A stretch of DNA of 64,000 nt, from contig OX597816.1 in the NCBI GenBank assembly GCA_951406725.2, positions 174,220,001 to 174,284,000 on the forward strand, written 5' to 3'. Both the position numbers and the translations under genes were made by a program. Source of the DNA: Octopus vulgaris. Taxonomy: Eukaryota. The notes beneath the pieces are model-generated. The model was given only the letters and a program-made list of their open reading frames with translations. It had not been told where the DNA came from and did no database searches. Below are positions 61,690 through 64,000 of the stretch, one piece after another. Within the stretch, counting starts at the first letter, position 1, and each line of letters opens with the position of its first letter.

Positions 61690-63245
61690 TTGCTTCTTCT
61701 CACCCCAAGAGCCAACTGATCCACTTGGCCAAATTGGAGATTGGTTTGGCAAGCAAACACAAACCAAGTAAAATCAACAACAACATAAGGCAGTGGTGGG
61801 GGACTTTCAATCTTACCTTAGGGCAGAGTACTAACAAAGTGATTTCATGGTTTAAATGCAACCAGAGAAGAGGTTGGACAAGGTTCACCTAAACTCAATT
61901 TAATCGCTTTTTACCCATCTATTTTCAAAGGGCTACTGGTCAAGGCACTTGCTTTCATTGATGTAATTGGCATTGATGTAATTATGCATGCCAGGAAAAT
62001 ATTGCTGTATAATAAATGTTTGACCTGGGTCAAACAAACTGACCCAGTAGGCTCCTCTCATTTGGTGATGGGAGCTGGAGATAGCACGGATATCTGCAAT
62101 TTTATAGGACTGTATATACAAGAACACCTAAAAGAAGAGGTTCCCATCAGTCATCTCTGACCTGTACAGAGATAACACAATGGCTATCTCTAGAGGAACT
62201 AACAGGTATACCTTTGACAGGCTTAGGAAAGACCTAATTAGCACCCTTAGTTCCATAGGGCTCAAGATAACAATCAATACCCACCTCATCACTGTAAACT
62301 TTTTAGATTATGTTAGACCTAGACAGGTCCTACTACAAACCAAACAAGAGATTGTCCTATATCAACACAGTCTCTTGCCACCTGCCTAACATGTTCAGGA
62401 ACCTAGTGAAGGGAGTCAGTAGAAAGATCTTGAACCTATCCACAAATCAGGATATTTTTGATGTCACAGCTTCCAATTACAGTGAGGCTCTGGCATCCAG
62501 TGAGTTTAAGGACTGCATCTCCTATATGCCGAGCCCTGGCACACATGGAAGGAAACACCACTGTCATTTGGTTCACCCTGCCCTTTTCTCCCAACATTAA
62601 GATTTGCATGGGAAGAATTTTTCTTAGATTGGTGGACAAACACTTCACACTTCAGATGTTTGTTTAATAGACATAACTTTTAGTTGTGCACCCAAATTTT
62701 AGAGAGCAAAGGACCACGTTTCGGACTTCTCCCATCTTGTGAGCTCTGGGACGAAGACCGTTTGCTCAACAGCAGAAACGACACCAACATTGCAGCCAGA
62801 AATGGTGACAACGCCAGCAACAATGAAACCACCAGGATCATGTCCAGGAACAACAGTATTGGCAACAACAACAGTGACACCAGACCTGGAGTTAATGAAA
62901 GAAACATTAGTAGTGGTATCACATTCAGTGCACAGACACAGAAATATATTAGTTCAACCAGGGGCCGTTTTAAGCAACATCTGAACTACTGCAGATTCTC
63001 GTTTAAGATACTGGAATGGTACAACATCACATCTATGATCAGCCACATATTGTACTTAAAAGAGAAAGAAACCCATACATAATTAAATGAAAGCTCCTTT
63101 AGCAACTGGGGACTTATATAAATAGGAGCAAACAATGTAAGTGTTGCTTGGCAGAGATAACCAGGATCCTAAAATACTTACTTGATCCAGGGACCCTTTT
63201 AAACTCCAGGAAAGAGGTATTTAGCTCTCATGTAAGGTAATACAC
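61690..63245 (+). mobile_element. Penelope-like element (RT plus GIY-YIG), decayed
   Basis: AFYPSIFKGLLVKALAF, LYRDN (YRDD-like), GLKITINTHLITVNFLD, YKPNKRLSYIN, WFTLPFSPNIK..GRIFLRLVDKHF and KYISSTRGRFKQ motifs. Confidence 0.85.
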
Positions 63246-63304
63246 ATGACCCAACAAACCATCCTCAGAGCCGATACATTCATACATACATACATATATT
63301 CATT

Positions 63305-63515
63305 TATTCTTTTACTTGTTTCAGTCATTTGACTGGCATACCACCTTAAACGATTTTAACCTAAGAAATCGACCCCCACCAGGACTTATTCTTTGTAAGC
63401 CCAGTACTTATTGTATTAGCCACCCTTGATGAACCACTAAGTTATGTGGATGTAAACACACCAACATAGGTTGTCAAGCAATGGTGGGGTGACAAACACG
63501 GGCACAAAGACACAT
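63305..63515 (-). mobile_element. SINE family A, 3' half
   Basis: TTTTACTTGTTTCAGTCATTTGACTG..GGTTGTCAAGCAATG. Confidence 0.8.
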
Positions 63516-63820
63516 ACATATATATATATATGAAAGAAAGTTTGAAACTGCAATTTTAAACATGTTTATTCGCTTGACCGGTTTCACTTTTTTTAGTAAA
63601 AGATTGTCAAAAGTAAAATGTAAAAGCTTTGTATGAGCTTTGTTGTGTTAAGTACAGATTATCACAAAAGTATTAAAATAAAGTTATACAGTCTTTGATA
63701 ATAATAAAAAAAATTTAAAAACAGTTTACAAGAAAGTATTTAAGACAGTAAGCAGAATGGAACTCCAAAAAGTATTTTGAGTTCAATAAAAATCATGTTT
63801 GTTTGGTAGTATATATAGAC

Positions 63821-63972
63821 ACAGAAGGAGATGTATTCAAGAATTTACAAAAAACTGCAGAGGAATAACTGACCTGTCTTTCTGACATTTTCTGACAAGA
63901 GAAAATGTCAGAAAGACAGGTCAGCCACTCCTCTGCAGTCCCTTGTAAATTCTTAAATATATCTCCCTCCGT
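63821..63972. repeat. Fold-back hairpin, 73-bp arms and 6-nt loop, between (TA)n tracts
   Basis: 63821-63893 versus the reverse complement of 63900-63972: 10 mismatches, all transitions, no indels. Confidence 0.95.
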
Positions 63973-64000
63973 ATATATATATATATATATATATATATAT

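Overview
AT-rich, repeat-dense eukaryotic DNA, inferred to be octopus (coleoid cephalopod) from its SINE/LINE repertoire. I recognise only one host coding segment: the last coding exon of a PEX11 peroxin gene (minus strand, 56149-56645). The rest is mostly decayed mobile DNA: Helitron, hAT and mariner transposons, two compact full-length Gypsy LTR elements, several (TAA)n-associated Dong/R4-like LINEs, RTE and CR1-group LINE fragments, Penelope-like (PLE) fragments, four SINE families and many microsatellites. Most listed ORFs are spurious. The main leads are: (1) both Gypsy elements have a primer-binding site complementary to the 5' end of tRNA-Phe rather than a tRNA 3' CCA end; (2) short tails embedded in (TA)n carry hammerhead-ribozyme motifs (one with a ~77-nt helix II) and long fold-back hairpins; (3) one of these hairpins has a strongly A/G-biased mismatch pattern resembling fixed ADAR hyper-editing; (4) a tandem pair of possibly HDV-like ribozyme relics lies upstream of an RTE LINE. 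All alignments and folds were done by eye, so coordinates of decayed elements are approximate.
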